Shown: piece after piece, positions 56,626-64,000 of the stretch | Position numbering within the stretch: position 1 is the stretch's first letter | Layout of the letters: each line of letters opens with the position of its first letter | Source of the DNA: Candidatus Saccharimonadales bacterium | GTDB lineage: Bacteria > Patescibacteriota > Saccharimonadia > Saccharimonadales > OMJO01 | Assembly: GCA_035480035.1 (NCBI GenBank) | Contig: DATIID010000001.1 | Coordinates: 393,323-457,322, forward strand | Reading direction: 5' to 3' | DNA length: 64,000 nucleotides | Program-made: the position numbers and the translations under genes | Notes under the pieces: model-generated | Databases searched by the model: none | Seen by the model: only the letters and a program-made list of their open reading frames with translations | What the model was told of the DNA's origin: nothing

Positions 56626-57102
56626 TTATTTGGGACGCCAAACTTGAAAAGTAAAAGTAATCCCGTTTTCGGTGTGTGGTTCTGATTCGGAAACTTTTTC
56701 GAATTTGTCTTTGAAATCCGGAAAAAATTTAGTGCACTTAAATTCCTGGTCCAGCTGAGTAATGTAAAGTTCATCAGCTAGATGCAATGTACTGGCAAAC
56801 AACAGCGCACCGCCAAGATTCCAAATGTCTTGTTTAAAATCTTCCAGAAATTTAACCGGGTCGTAAACCGCTTCAAAACCAGTTCGAATCGGCGGGTTTT
56901 CCGGCAAAGTTGCCACGTAGTTTTTACGATTTGGATAAGGTTTAGGCAGTTCTAGGTAGAGCCCAAAACCCATCAAGTTATCAGCATCTTCAATTTTGTC
57001 ATGGTAATAATTGATATCGGTCGGTATTTTACCCTGCCACGGAAGACCATGGTCATCAGCAATACCTTGTTTTGAGTCAAGTGCAGCTATAAATCGAATC
57101 AT
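56626..57102 (-). CDS. folA: dihydrofolate reductase
   Basis: MIRFIAALDSKQGIADDHGLPWQGKIPTD is the DHFR N-terminal signature. The ATG at 57102 overlaps the upstream stop as ATGA. The longest ORF reaches 57114. Confidence 0.75.
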   Translation of the reverse strand: MIRFIAALDSKQGIADDHGLPWQGKIPTDINYYHDKIEDADNLMGFGLYLELPKPYPNRKNYVATLPENPPIRTGFEAVYDPVKFLEDFKQDIWNLGGALLFASTLHLADELYITQLDQEFKCTKFFPDFKDKFEKVSESEPHTENGITFTFQVWRPK

Positions 57103-57554
57103 TCTGGCCTCCATTCTTGCCTAGGCTGATCTTTAAAATTAGTTTCATCAAACAAAACAAATAGCGATGGCCTGAGTCGATAAAGTTTGTGCTCGGTCTT
57201 GCTTGAAGTAAAATCGTTCACCCATTCTTTGGTACGTTTGAAGCGTTCAGCATACTTTAAAGCAATCGGTTTTATTTGATCTGCGTCATTAACTATTTCG
57301 ACCCGGCCCTCGACCTGTACACCAATAACTGGTTGACCAATTTGATTATTAACTACAATTGCAGCTGCTACCTTTGGATTTTTAGCAATCTCTCGGCTAT
57401 GGCGGCGCGTTGGCAAACTAGCCCAATAAAGATTGATTTCATCATCAACCAAATAGTAGACATTACAGTTCCATGGTTGGTTGTTGACCGATGTCGCTAA
57501 CTGCATGGTGTAATTTTCGTTTAAATATTGTTTGATTAGGTCCGAAACATTCAC
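57099..57554 (-). CDS. pyridoxamine 5'-phosphate oxidase-family (FMN-binding split-barrel) protein
   Basis: 151 aa. The pattern MQLATSVNNQPWNCNVYY...LYWASLPTRRHSREI is typical of PNPOx-like proteins. Confidence 0.55.
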   Translation of the reverse strand: MNVSDLIKQYLNENYTMQLATSVNNQPWNCNVYYLVDDEINLYWASLPTRRHSREIAKNPKVAAAIVVNNQIGQPVIGVQVEGRVEIVNDADQIKPIALKYAERFKRTKEWVNDFTSSKTEHKLYRLRPSLFVLFDETNFKDQPRQEWRPE

Positions 57555-57625
57555 TTCCCTATCATAACAAACACTACGCTTAACTCTGGTAAAATAGTCT
57601 TGTCAGAGGTAAAATAAGTGGTCAC

Positions 57626-57702
57626 GCCCGTGTAGCTCAGTGGATTAGAGCACTGGTCTTCGGAACCAGGTGTCGGGGGTTCGAATCCCTCCACGGGTAC
57701 CA
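57626..57702 (+). tRNA. tRNA-Arg (anticodon UCG), CCA encoded
   Basis: GCCCGTGTAGCTCAGTGGATTAGAGCACTGGTCTTCGGAACCAGGTGTCGGGGGTTCGAATCCCTCCACGGGTACCA. Cloverleaf with a G1:U72 pair. Confidence 0.9.
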
Positions 57703-57728
57703 AATACATTTCCTGTTAATATAAGGTT

Positions 57729-59093
57729 ATGCAAATAAAAACTATTTTAAAAAGTATCAGAAGCCGTTTATCGATTTTTGGGGCGAATAAGACCCTGACA
57801 CTTTTCTTGTTCCCACTAATATTTGGAACTATTGGTCTTGTAATACTCCAACTCAGTCATGCTGCTACTGTCAGTAATTCCGTAGAGCAATATCCAGTCT
57901 ATGTCAGAGAGGCATCATCGACGTCAACTTCAACACCTGTATATGTAGAGAATATCAGTACTATATCGGCAAGTCGTCGAGATTATCTGTTAAATGTTGC
58001 ATCTCGCTCACTTTGCACCAAGCAACCAACAACAATATATTGCGATAGCCTAGTGGAAGGCAACGATCGTTTTATTTTGAGCGACCATTATCTTGTTTGG
58101 ATCGACATGACTTCACATGCCGGCGATTATGGTAATGGTGGTGGAGGCCTAGTCCGCGGGCTGTGGTTGCTTAAAGGATCGGGTAATACAACGTCATTCA
58201 TGCACAGTTATGCTAATAATTTTGCACCGAACAATTTATATGTCTGTCAAATAGTAACCCCTAATTGTTCAGGTGATGCTTATGAATTAGTTGTAGCGCC
58301 TGTCGGCGCCGAAGCTCAAGGCCATCCTGAACTTGACTATCGAACTTCCGATAGTCCTGATTCAGCCGTATCAATTTCATCACCAGCTAGCGGTTCTGGG
58401 CCAAATTGGCACTTGCAGGTTCATGGTCGTATGGCTAACAGTTTTGGTTTTACTAACTACGCATTTACACCAAAAACTTCATCAACATGGTTGTACTACA
58501 ATATCGACTACCACTTTTACAATAATTATTCTTCCGCAAGCACTTCGAATAAATATCCGATTGATATACGTGCATCGATCGATATGTGTGGTAACTGTTC
58601 TGGTTCTCCCAAACCAATGGTAACTTCAGTCTTTTCGGTAGGCTTGTCGGCAGATACCAATACCAACCTTCAACAACGACACGACCTTGTACTCGATAAC
58701 TTTAAGCCGGTTAACGGCGATGCTTACTCTCAAACTGCCAGTTGCGCTCAGGGGCAAATTTATCCAGCCGGTGGAGTTTACTCAAATAACAACATCGCCG
58801 AAACCCACTCGACTGATTATGATATTAAGATCAAGTCGCAAGCTGGTACGGACTTGTCTGGCAACAAGTTACACGTTGCCCTAGCCCAAGTCAGTGGCTA
58901 CAATGCCTATGGTGGTCCAGCACCGAAAATTGCAGGCATGGTCTATCAACAGTATTTCCATGATCGCGGTAACCATTTATATGTTTTTGATCAAAAAATC
59001 GGCGACCCCAATCAGTGCGGTACTATCACTCTTAAAAACGGGCAGTCCTTCGCTTTTCATCAACGTCTTGGCCTGGACTACGAGCAACCATAG
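57729..59093 (+). CDS. hypothetical secreted/anchored protein
   Basis: 454 aa. N-terminal TM/signal LTLFLFPLIFGTIGLVILQLSHA. Ser/Thr/Asn/Tyr-rich. No family recognised. Confidence 0.5.
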   Translation: MQIKTILKSIRSRLSIFGANKTLTLFLFPLIFGTIGLVILQLSHAATVSNSVEQYPVYVREASSTSTSTPVYVENISTISASRRDYLLNVASRSLCTKQPTTIYCDSLVEGNDRFILSDHYLVWIDMTSHAGDYGNGGGGLVRGLWLLKGSGNTTSFMHSYANNFAPNNLYVCQIVTPNCSGDAYELVVAPVGAEAQGHPELDYRTSDSPDSAVSISSPASGSGPNWHLQVHGRMANSFGFTNYAFTPKTSSTWLYYNIDYHFYNNYSSASTSNKYPIDIRASIDMCGNCSGSPKPMVTSVFSVGLSADTNTNLQQRHDLVLDNFKPVNGDAYSQTASCAQGQIYPAGGVYSNNNIAETHSTDYDIKIKSQAGTDLSGNKLHVALAQVSGYNAYGGPAPKIAGMVYQQYFHDRGNHLYVFDQKIGDPNQCGTITLKNGQSFAFHQRLGLDYEQP

Positions 59094-59170
59094 ATCCTTC
59101 TTGTGACCGAATTTAATACCTAAATTAATCTGCATGTGCTTGGTAAGCCGTCTGGGCGTAAAATATAAAT

Positions 59171-60091
59171 ATGGCCGAACAATTTCGCTGTATAATCCAT
59201 GGCAGTTTTTCAAAACACTTTGCTGAGATTCAGAAGACCAGTGAAATTTTTACTAAAGCTGGCATTAGTGTTTTGGCACCTAAAGCTGGCGAGCTAGTTA
59301 GCCAATCGAGCGGTTTTGCTTTATTTGAAGACGAGGTTGGTCAAGACCCACGTTTAGTTGAGTTAATTTATCTACATAACCTCAAAAAACTTGGCCAAAA
59401 CGGATTTAGTTACTTTGTTGACCCTGAAGGCTATATTGGTAAAAGTGCATCATATGAACTTGGCATTGCACAGTTAACAAATACCCGCTGTTACTTTAGC
59501 CATAAACTAACCGACCATCCAGCTTATATACGCAGTCGTTCAGTATGGTCGGCTGATAAGTTAGCCGATTATATTGTAAGCAATCAAGCCCTGCCCCAAC
59601 CTTCGATTAAACGAAATGAAAAATACATCCACAAGCTTTGGGAAGAATTAATGGTACCTGGTTCAGTGGTAGCTACTGGCGCAATTATTGAACATCAACC
59701 CAAACGGAGTCGCCAAGCTAAAGAGATTTTATTGGTTAAAACTCATAAATGGGGTAACCGCTTTTCAGTTGTCGGCGGTAAGGTACGGCGCAATGAATTA
59801 CTCCACCAAACTTTACTGCGTGAAGTAAAGGAAGAAACCGGCTTAAAAGGCGCAGTTGGGGCGCACATTTGCACATTCGATCAGCTTAAAAATTCTGGCT
59901 ATTACCAGACTGGTATTCAACACATTTTTGTTGATAACATCGTAAAGGTGTTTTCTAAAAAGGTGAAGTTAAATGAAGAAGCCCAGGACTATATCTGGGC
60001 TTTACCTTCAGAGGCATTGAAACATCTAGACATCGAGCCAAATGCCCGCACCACGCTTGAGCTATATGCTAAATTGCAAAAAGCTATTTAG
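59171..60091 (+). CDS. two-domain protein: N-terminal Rossmann-like domain (nucleoside 2-deoxyribosyltransferase-like suspected) fused to a NUDIX hydrolase
   Basis: The C-terminal Nudix box GGKVRRNELLHQTLLREVKEETGL is intact. The N-terminal GYIGKSASYELGIAQ resembles the NDT/Rcl-type motif. The N-terminal assignment is weak. Confidence 0.5.
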   Translation: MAEQFRCIIHGSFSKHFAEIQKTSEIFTKAGISVLAPKAGELVSQSSGFALFEDEVGQDPRLVELIYLHNLKKLGQNGFSYFVDPEGYIGKSASYELGIAQLTNTRCYFSHKLTDHPAYIRSRSVWSADKLADYIVSNQALPQPSIKRNEKYIHKLWEELMVPGSVVATGAIIEHQPKRSRQAKEILLVKTHKWGNRFSVVGGKVRRNELLHQTLLREVKEETGLKGAVGAHICTFDQLKNSGYYQTGIQHIFVDNIVKVFSKKVKLNEEAQDYIWALPSEALKHLDIEPNARTTLELYAKLQKAI

Positions 60092-60902
60092 ACTTTTTGG
60101 TAGTTTTTGCAGATGGTTTTTTGACGGCTTTAGTAGTTGTAGCGACAGTGCTGGCAGTAACCGCCGAGGACTTGCTGGTTTTAGTTGGAGTCTTAGCTTT
60201 ATCGTTAAGGTTGGCGGCCCAAGCTACAATTTGCTTGCGAGCTGATTCACTGAAAATTACAGCAGCGGCAGCTAATACCACGATTAGACCAACGATTGAC
60301 CAAATCATACGAGCCTTATTACTCTTCTTGACGACAGGCTTAGCTTCAACCTTCTTTGGTGCAACGTTTTTAGTGTCACTTAAAACTTTGGGCGCTGGAG
60401 TGGCTGGTGCCGGTGCTGGTACTGGAGCCGGATTAACTAGACTAAAGCCAGCTGGGTTAGCGGCGCCGTTCCAAACGTTAGTACCTTGACCATCACTAGC
60501 AGTAACTTGTGAGCTTGGTAAAAAACTAATTGAGGCTGAACCAGTTGATAGTACTCGAAAACTAACGAAACCAACAGTGCGAACACCGGATTTAGGTGAA
60601 ACACTAGCACAAGCTAGGCTACTACCACCTGCAGGAGCAGCGATTTCAAAATTGCCACTACAACCCTTACCGACTAATCTCAAGCCCGCACCATAAGCGA
60701 CATCGGCTTGAACACCGTTAACAGCTGCGCCACCACTATTCTCGACAACCGACACTGCAAATGTACTACCAACAGCATGGCTGCCGCCAGCTGGTGAGAA
60801 CGACAAGTTAGCTGAACCGGCCGCCATAGCTGTTTGTGGCAAAGCCACCAGGCCTGTTAAAGCCATAATTGCTGAAAATACTAATACTTTGATTTTATTC
60901 AT
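60084..60902 (-). CDS. cohesin-like domain surface protein with a Pro/Ala linker, C-terminal TM anchor and Lys-rich tail
   Basis: Signal peptide ending TAMAAGS. The domain LSFSPAGGSHAVGSTFAVSVVENSGGAAVNGVQADVAYGAGL is cohesin-like. PAPVPAPAPATPAP linker and TM segment IWSIVGLIVVLAAAAVIF. Confidence 0.55.
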   Translation of the reverse strand: MNKIKVLVFSAIMALTGLVALPQTAMAAGSANLSFSPAGGSHAVGSTFAVSVVENSGGAAVNGVQADVAYGAGLRLVGKGCSGNFEIAAPAGGSSLACASVSPKSGVRTVGFVSFRVLSTGSASISFLPSSQVTASDGQGTNVWNGAANPAGFSLVNPAPVPAPAPATPAPKVLSDTKNVAPKKVEAKPVVKKSNKARMIWSIVGLIVVLAAAAVIFSESARKQIVAWAANLNDKAKTPTKTSKSSAVTASTVATTTKAVKKPSAKTTKKSK

Positions 60903-60920
60903 AATTAAATCCTTTTACTC

Positions 60921-62492
60921 CTATCCCCAATGTGCCAACAGAATTGACAGATCGTTAATGTTAACTATTGGATTGGCATCTAAGTTGCCGACTGCGCCGG
61001 ATTGACCCCAGTGGCTCAATAGAATACTTAAATCAGTAATGTCGACATGTCCGTTGCCATTTAGGTCGCCAATCTTGCCACCGACAGCACCCGCACCGAC
61101 ACCACCAGTTGTACTACCGTCTTCAGCAAACCATTGGACATTATCCAGATAAGCTTGAACAGCTGAGTTAGCTGTAACAACAACTTGTAAACGAGCTTTT
61201 GTAACGTTGGCATTGGTTGGCTTGTACTCAAAGTTTAGATCTTCGACCCAAGCGCCAGTTGCGTTAGCAGCATTGCCGACTTCAGATTTTTTGAACTGAG
61301 TCTGCAACCATGTGCCGCCAGCGTTGTATTCGTCAATATAGAAGTCAACTTCACTGCCAGCCGCCACTGTAATGTTGGTCAGGTTTAGATAATTCTTCAA
61401 CACATAGGTTTTAGCTGAACTGACAGGTACTTGTGGTGAAAACAGTTCAACATTCTTGGTTGTGCCAGTTAAGGAAACTGAGTTAGCGGGACTTGGGAAG
61501 TTACCGTGTGTGCCTGTGTCCTGCTTGATATTAGCTGGAGCGTCAGTACTCCAAACACTGGTGTTGGTGATGGTGCTGCTGATTGCCGTGTCAAAACTTG
61601 AGTTCGGTAGTAAGTTGCCAGCGTTAGTAACTAAACCGTTGGCCATAGTGACAACCGGAATACTTAAACTTTTAACATAAGCGGCAATTTGGTCTAAGTC
61701 GGAAGTATTGTACTGATAGTCATCAGGGTTAGTGCTAGCTACAGGTTGGATATCGTGAAAAGTTAGGACTAGCCACTGATTGCTGGCCTTAGTTTGATCA
61801 ATCATAGCTTTAACCTGTGCGACCGTTACACCTGCTTGGACTGGGTAGTCATAAATTAGATAGTCGTTGTAGGGAAAAGTATTGCCATGATCGATGGTGC
61901 CATTAGCATCTTGATCAATAGTATCAGCAAAACCACGATGGGATGAGTAATACTGAGCGATTTGAGCTAACACAGGTGGAGTCCAATCACCATACGGTGT
62001 TGCAAAATCAGTTGAAGTGAAACCATGGGCAGCTAGATCGGCTTTGCTTTGCGACAGTTCTTGAATAACTTGAGAGGGAGTTAATACATTTGGTTGAGAT
62101 GTCGGGTCGCTACTGGCTAGCAAGGGATGAGTTACGGTGTGTGAAGTAACTTCCCAACCATAACTAGACTTAAGCTGACTAACCTGAGCCCAAGTCATAT
62201 AACTGTGTGTCGGCTCAGCTGGACAAGTGTTAACGCTACCGACACAGCCAGTAGGTACAAATTCTGTACCGGCAAAGCCGTATTTAGCAAGAGTTGGCGC
62301 AGCTTGCGTTAGAGCGCTGGTTTGAGCATCGTCAAATGTAAACGATACACGGGCTGCTGGTGTTAAGGCAGCGCTAGCTTTTGGCACGGCTGAAAAAACC
62401 ATCGCCGAACATAAGGTACCGGCTAGCAGTAGACTTAATCCACGGTTTTTAATTTGTGAAAGACTTTTGAAAATACTTTGCTTTACTTTCAT
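60921..62492 (-). CDS. secreted polysaccharide deacetylase (NodB/CE4) with a CBM-like middle domain and a C-terminal dockerin
   Basis: NodB motifs SFTFDDAQ and SHTVTHP. The C-terminus GDLNGNGHVDITDLSILLSHWG...NLDANPIVNINDLSILLAHWG is a duplicated dockerin Ca-binding segment. Confidence 0.75.
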   Translation of the reverse strand: MKVKQSIFKSLSQIKNRGLSLLLAGTLCSAMVFSAVPKASAALTPAARVSFTFDDAQTSALTQAAPTLAKYGFAGTEFVPTGCVGSVNTCPAEPTHSYMTWAQVSQLKSSYGWEVTSHTVTHPLLASSDPTSQPNVLTPSQVIQELSQSKADLAAHGFTSTDFATPYGDWTPPVLAQIAQYYSSHRGFADTIDQDANGTIDHGNTFPYNDYLIYDYPVQAGVTVAQVKAMIDQTKASNQWLVLTFHDIQPVASTNPDDYQYNTSDLDQIAAYVKSLSIPVVTMANGLVTNAGNLLPNSSFDTAISSTITNTSVWSTDAPANIKQDTGTHGNFPSPANSVSLTGTTKNVELFSPQVPVSSAKTYVLKNYLNLTNITVAAGSEVDFYIDEYNAGGTWLQTQFKKSEVGNAANATGAWVEDLNFEYKPTNANVTKARLQVVVTANSAVQAYLDNVQWFAEDGSTTGGVGAGAVGGKIGDLNGNGHVDITDLSILLSHWGQSGAVGNLDANPIVNINDLSILLAHWG

Positions 62493-62655
62493 CTGTTAAT
62501 GACCCTTTTACTGATTAATATAAAAACGTACTCCAGAAACTGGAGTGGACCCTTTGGCATTCATAATAAAAGATACTTGTACTTTATGCAAGCATATTTT
62601 TAAAGATAAGCATCTTCGAGTGTGTTTGGCTTAAATAATTGTTATCATTAAAAGT

Positions 62656-63276
62656 ATGAAAGTTGCAACCAAACTAAATATCAGTGCTTGGTTGTTGAGT
62701 CTAATTACAGTTGGAGTGGCTGTTGTGGCTTGGGGGCAAAGTTTGCTTTGGAATTATAAACTCCTATCGATCTTTACCATTTTCCCGCTGCTTGGATTAA
62801 CAGCGTTTAGTCTGATGTGGTGTCATTATATTGTAGCCGCTTCTCGACAATTACTCGGCGTTGAAAAATCAGCCGTCCATAAATATTTTGAAGTCACGAG
62901 TTTGATTGTCTTGTTGCTGATCTTATTGCATCCTGGTCTGTTGTGGTATCAATTATGGAGAAGCGGTTTTGGCTTACCGCCGGAAAGCTATCTATATCAT
63001 TATGTCGCACCTTCGCTACGATGGGCGGCGATTCTAGGCACCCTCTCCTGGTTTGTGTTCTTGGCTTATGAATTCAGACGAAAATATGAAAAAACAACGT
63101 GGTGGCCATATATCGCCTATTCTTCAGATGTTGCAATGGTAGCGATATTAATCCACTCCCTAAAATTAGGAACACAGTTAAATAGTACTTGGCTGCGGCA
63201 AGTTTGGTACTTCTACGGAGTTACTTTTGCTGGTTGTCTGGCTTATAAATACACCCGAAAACAACAAATAGTTTAA
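62656..63276 (+). CDS. hypothetical polytopic membrane protein (about 6 TM with conserved His; MsrQ/ferric-reductase-like fold possible)
   Basis: 206 aa. His residues sit in predicted helices (MWCHYIV, LLHPGLL, ILIHSL). The assignment is weak. Confidence 0.4.
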   Translation: MKVATKLNISAWLLSLITVGVAVVAWGQSLLWNYKLLSIFTIFPLLGLTAFSLMWCHYIVAASRQLLGVEKSAVHKYFEVTSLIVLLLILLHPGLLWYQLWRSGFGLPPESYLYHYVAPSLRWAAILGTLSWFVFLAYEFRRKYEKTTWWPYIAYSSDVAMVAILIHSLKLGTQLNSTWLRQVWYFYGVTFAGCLAYKYTRKQQIV

Positions 63277-63836
63277 GATTTGGGCTGATCCTGATCGCTA
63301 TGCTTTGGTTTGGGTAGGGCTTTGGGAATATCAGTATTTTCAGCTTGTTCGAGCGAATGCTTGAGCAATTCTAGCAAATTTTTGGCGTGTTCTTTACTCA
63401 TACCAATACGAGCAATCGTCAGAGGTTGATTGGGTAGATTAGAGTTTTGCATAAAATTCATCACTACGCCTACCCGATTAATTTTAATATTGGTAACATC
63501 GGAGTAAACTACCCGATTGTCCATCGGCATCATCATTATTATCGGTTTAACACTATTGAAATCTTCAATTTCCAGTTCGGACAGGTCGGCGTCTTGATAG
63601 CCAGCCTTTTCCCATAACTGGGTAATCTCGTTGTCTTTGGGTGAAAAGTGTTTGATGAGCAAAATCAAAATGTCTTCACTGGGCCGTTTTAGGCCGCTCT
63701 CGTAATCTAGTAGGGTGGTCGATTCGATCTCCACTGCGCCTGATACTTCGGCCAAACTTTCTAAATTGCGTTCACGCATATGCCGCAGTTGATCACCTAA
63801 TTGTTTATAGGGTTTGGGTAACTGATTTTCACTCAT
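63273..63836 (-). CDS. XRE-family helix-turn-helix protein
   Basis: LGDQLRHMRERNLESLAEVSGAVEIESTTLLDYESGLKRPSEDIL is an HTH_3-like block. Start placed at MSENQ. The longest ORF reaches 63860. Confidence 0.6.
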   Translation of the reverse strand: MSENQLPKPYKQLGDQLRHMRERNLESLAEVSGAVEIESTTLLDYESGLKRPSEDILILLIKHFSPKDNEITQLWEKAGYQDADLSELEIEDFNSVKPIIMMMPMDNRVVYSDVTNIKINRVGVVMNFMQNSNLPNQPLTIARIGMSKEHAKNLLELLKHSLEQAENTDIPKALPKPKHSDQDQPKS

Positions 63837-63872
63837 CGTATTCACATCGTAACACAACATTCGGTGGTCGGG

Positions 63873-63878
63873 TATAAT
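63873..63878 (+). promoter_or_regulatory. -10 box TATAAT, 7 nt upstream of the murB ATG
   Basis: ggtataat-gctagtt-ATG. No SD. Confidence 0.5.
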
Positions 63879-63885
63879 GCTAGTT

Positions 63886-64000
63886 ATGCTCTTGCAAGAA
63901 AACGTGCCGCTAAGTGCTTACTCAACCATGCGACTTGGCGGTCCGGCCCGTTATTTGGCAGAAATTCAAAATCGTAACGAAATTAAAGAAGCCGTTGATT
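63886..64000 (+). CDS. murB: UDP-N-acetylenolpyruvoylglucosamine reductase, first 38 codons; the gene runs off the right edge
   Basis: MLLQENVPLSAYSTMRLGGPARYLAEIQNRNEIKEAVD is a MurB-type N-terminus (YTTxRxGGxA pattern). Confidence 0.75.
   Translation, partial: MLLQENVPLSAYSTMRLGGPARYLAEIQNRNEIKEAVD

Noticed and set aside
56255-56647. A 130-aa plus-strand ORF
   Set aside because: It is antisense to the KGG small-protein gene, which has a strong SD and a recognisable family. Its own translation is low-complexity with no start context.

Overview
This is a gene-dense chromosomal segment, mostly minus-strand, from a reduced-genome bacterium. The gene content looks like Patescibacteria/CPR, probably Saccharibacteria-like; that placement is an inference and was not verified. 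Supporting signs are a short AlaRS, salvage-type nucleotide genes, many pilin-like or secreted hypotheticals, and a cohesin/dockerin pair.

Housekeeping content:
- DNA repair and replication: uvrA (partial), sbcB, ruvX, pcrA.
- Translation: obg, alaS, mnmA, metG, rsmA.
- Energy: atpFHAGDC without atpB/atpE, and the lower-glycolysis genes pyk-pgk-tpiA.
- Cell wall and division: ftsA-like, mltG, murD, murI, murB (partial), and two CHAP hydrolases.
- Other: pyrE-pyrF, folD, folA.

RNA genes, none visible in the ORF track:
- tRNA-Glu(UUC), tRNA-Lys(CUU) and tRNA-Arg(UCG).
- A 376-nt tmRNA at 28272..28647 (minus).

Observations most worth a second look:
1. A pyruvoyl-dependent arginine decarboxylase sits in an apparent operon with an uncharacterised Gly/Ala-rich membrane protein and a 401-aa GNAT-like protein. 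Next to it are a DUF2156/MprF-C-like gene and a 7TM histidine kinase, inside a block of about 4 kb that is visibly AT-rich.
2. The last 23 nt of ssrA are duplicated 180 bp downstream, and each copy has its own terminator. This looks like the scar of an integration.
3. There are three stand-alone receiver proteins and no DNA-binding response regulator. Two of them share a 41-nt identical tract.
4. A CHAP amidase carries about 6.5 tandem repeats of an unrecognised module of about 57 aa.
5. A dockerin-bearing polysaccharide deacetylase lies next to a membrane-anchored cohesin-like protein.
6. Many genes have a -10 box 6-10 nt before the start codon, which is a leaderless-mRNA architecture.

All family assignments come from motif recognition by eye. 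No database searches were run.
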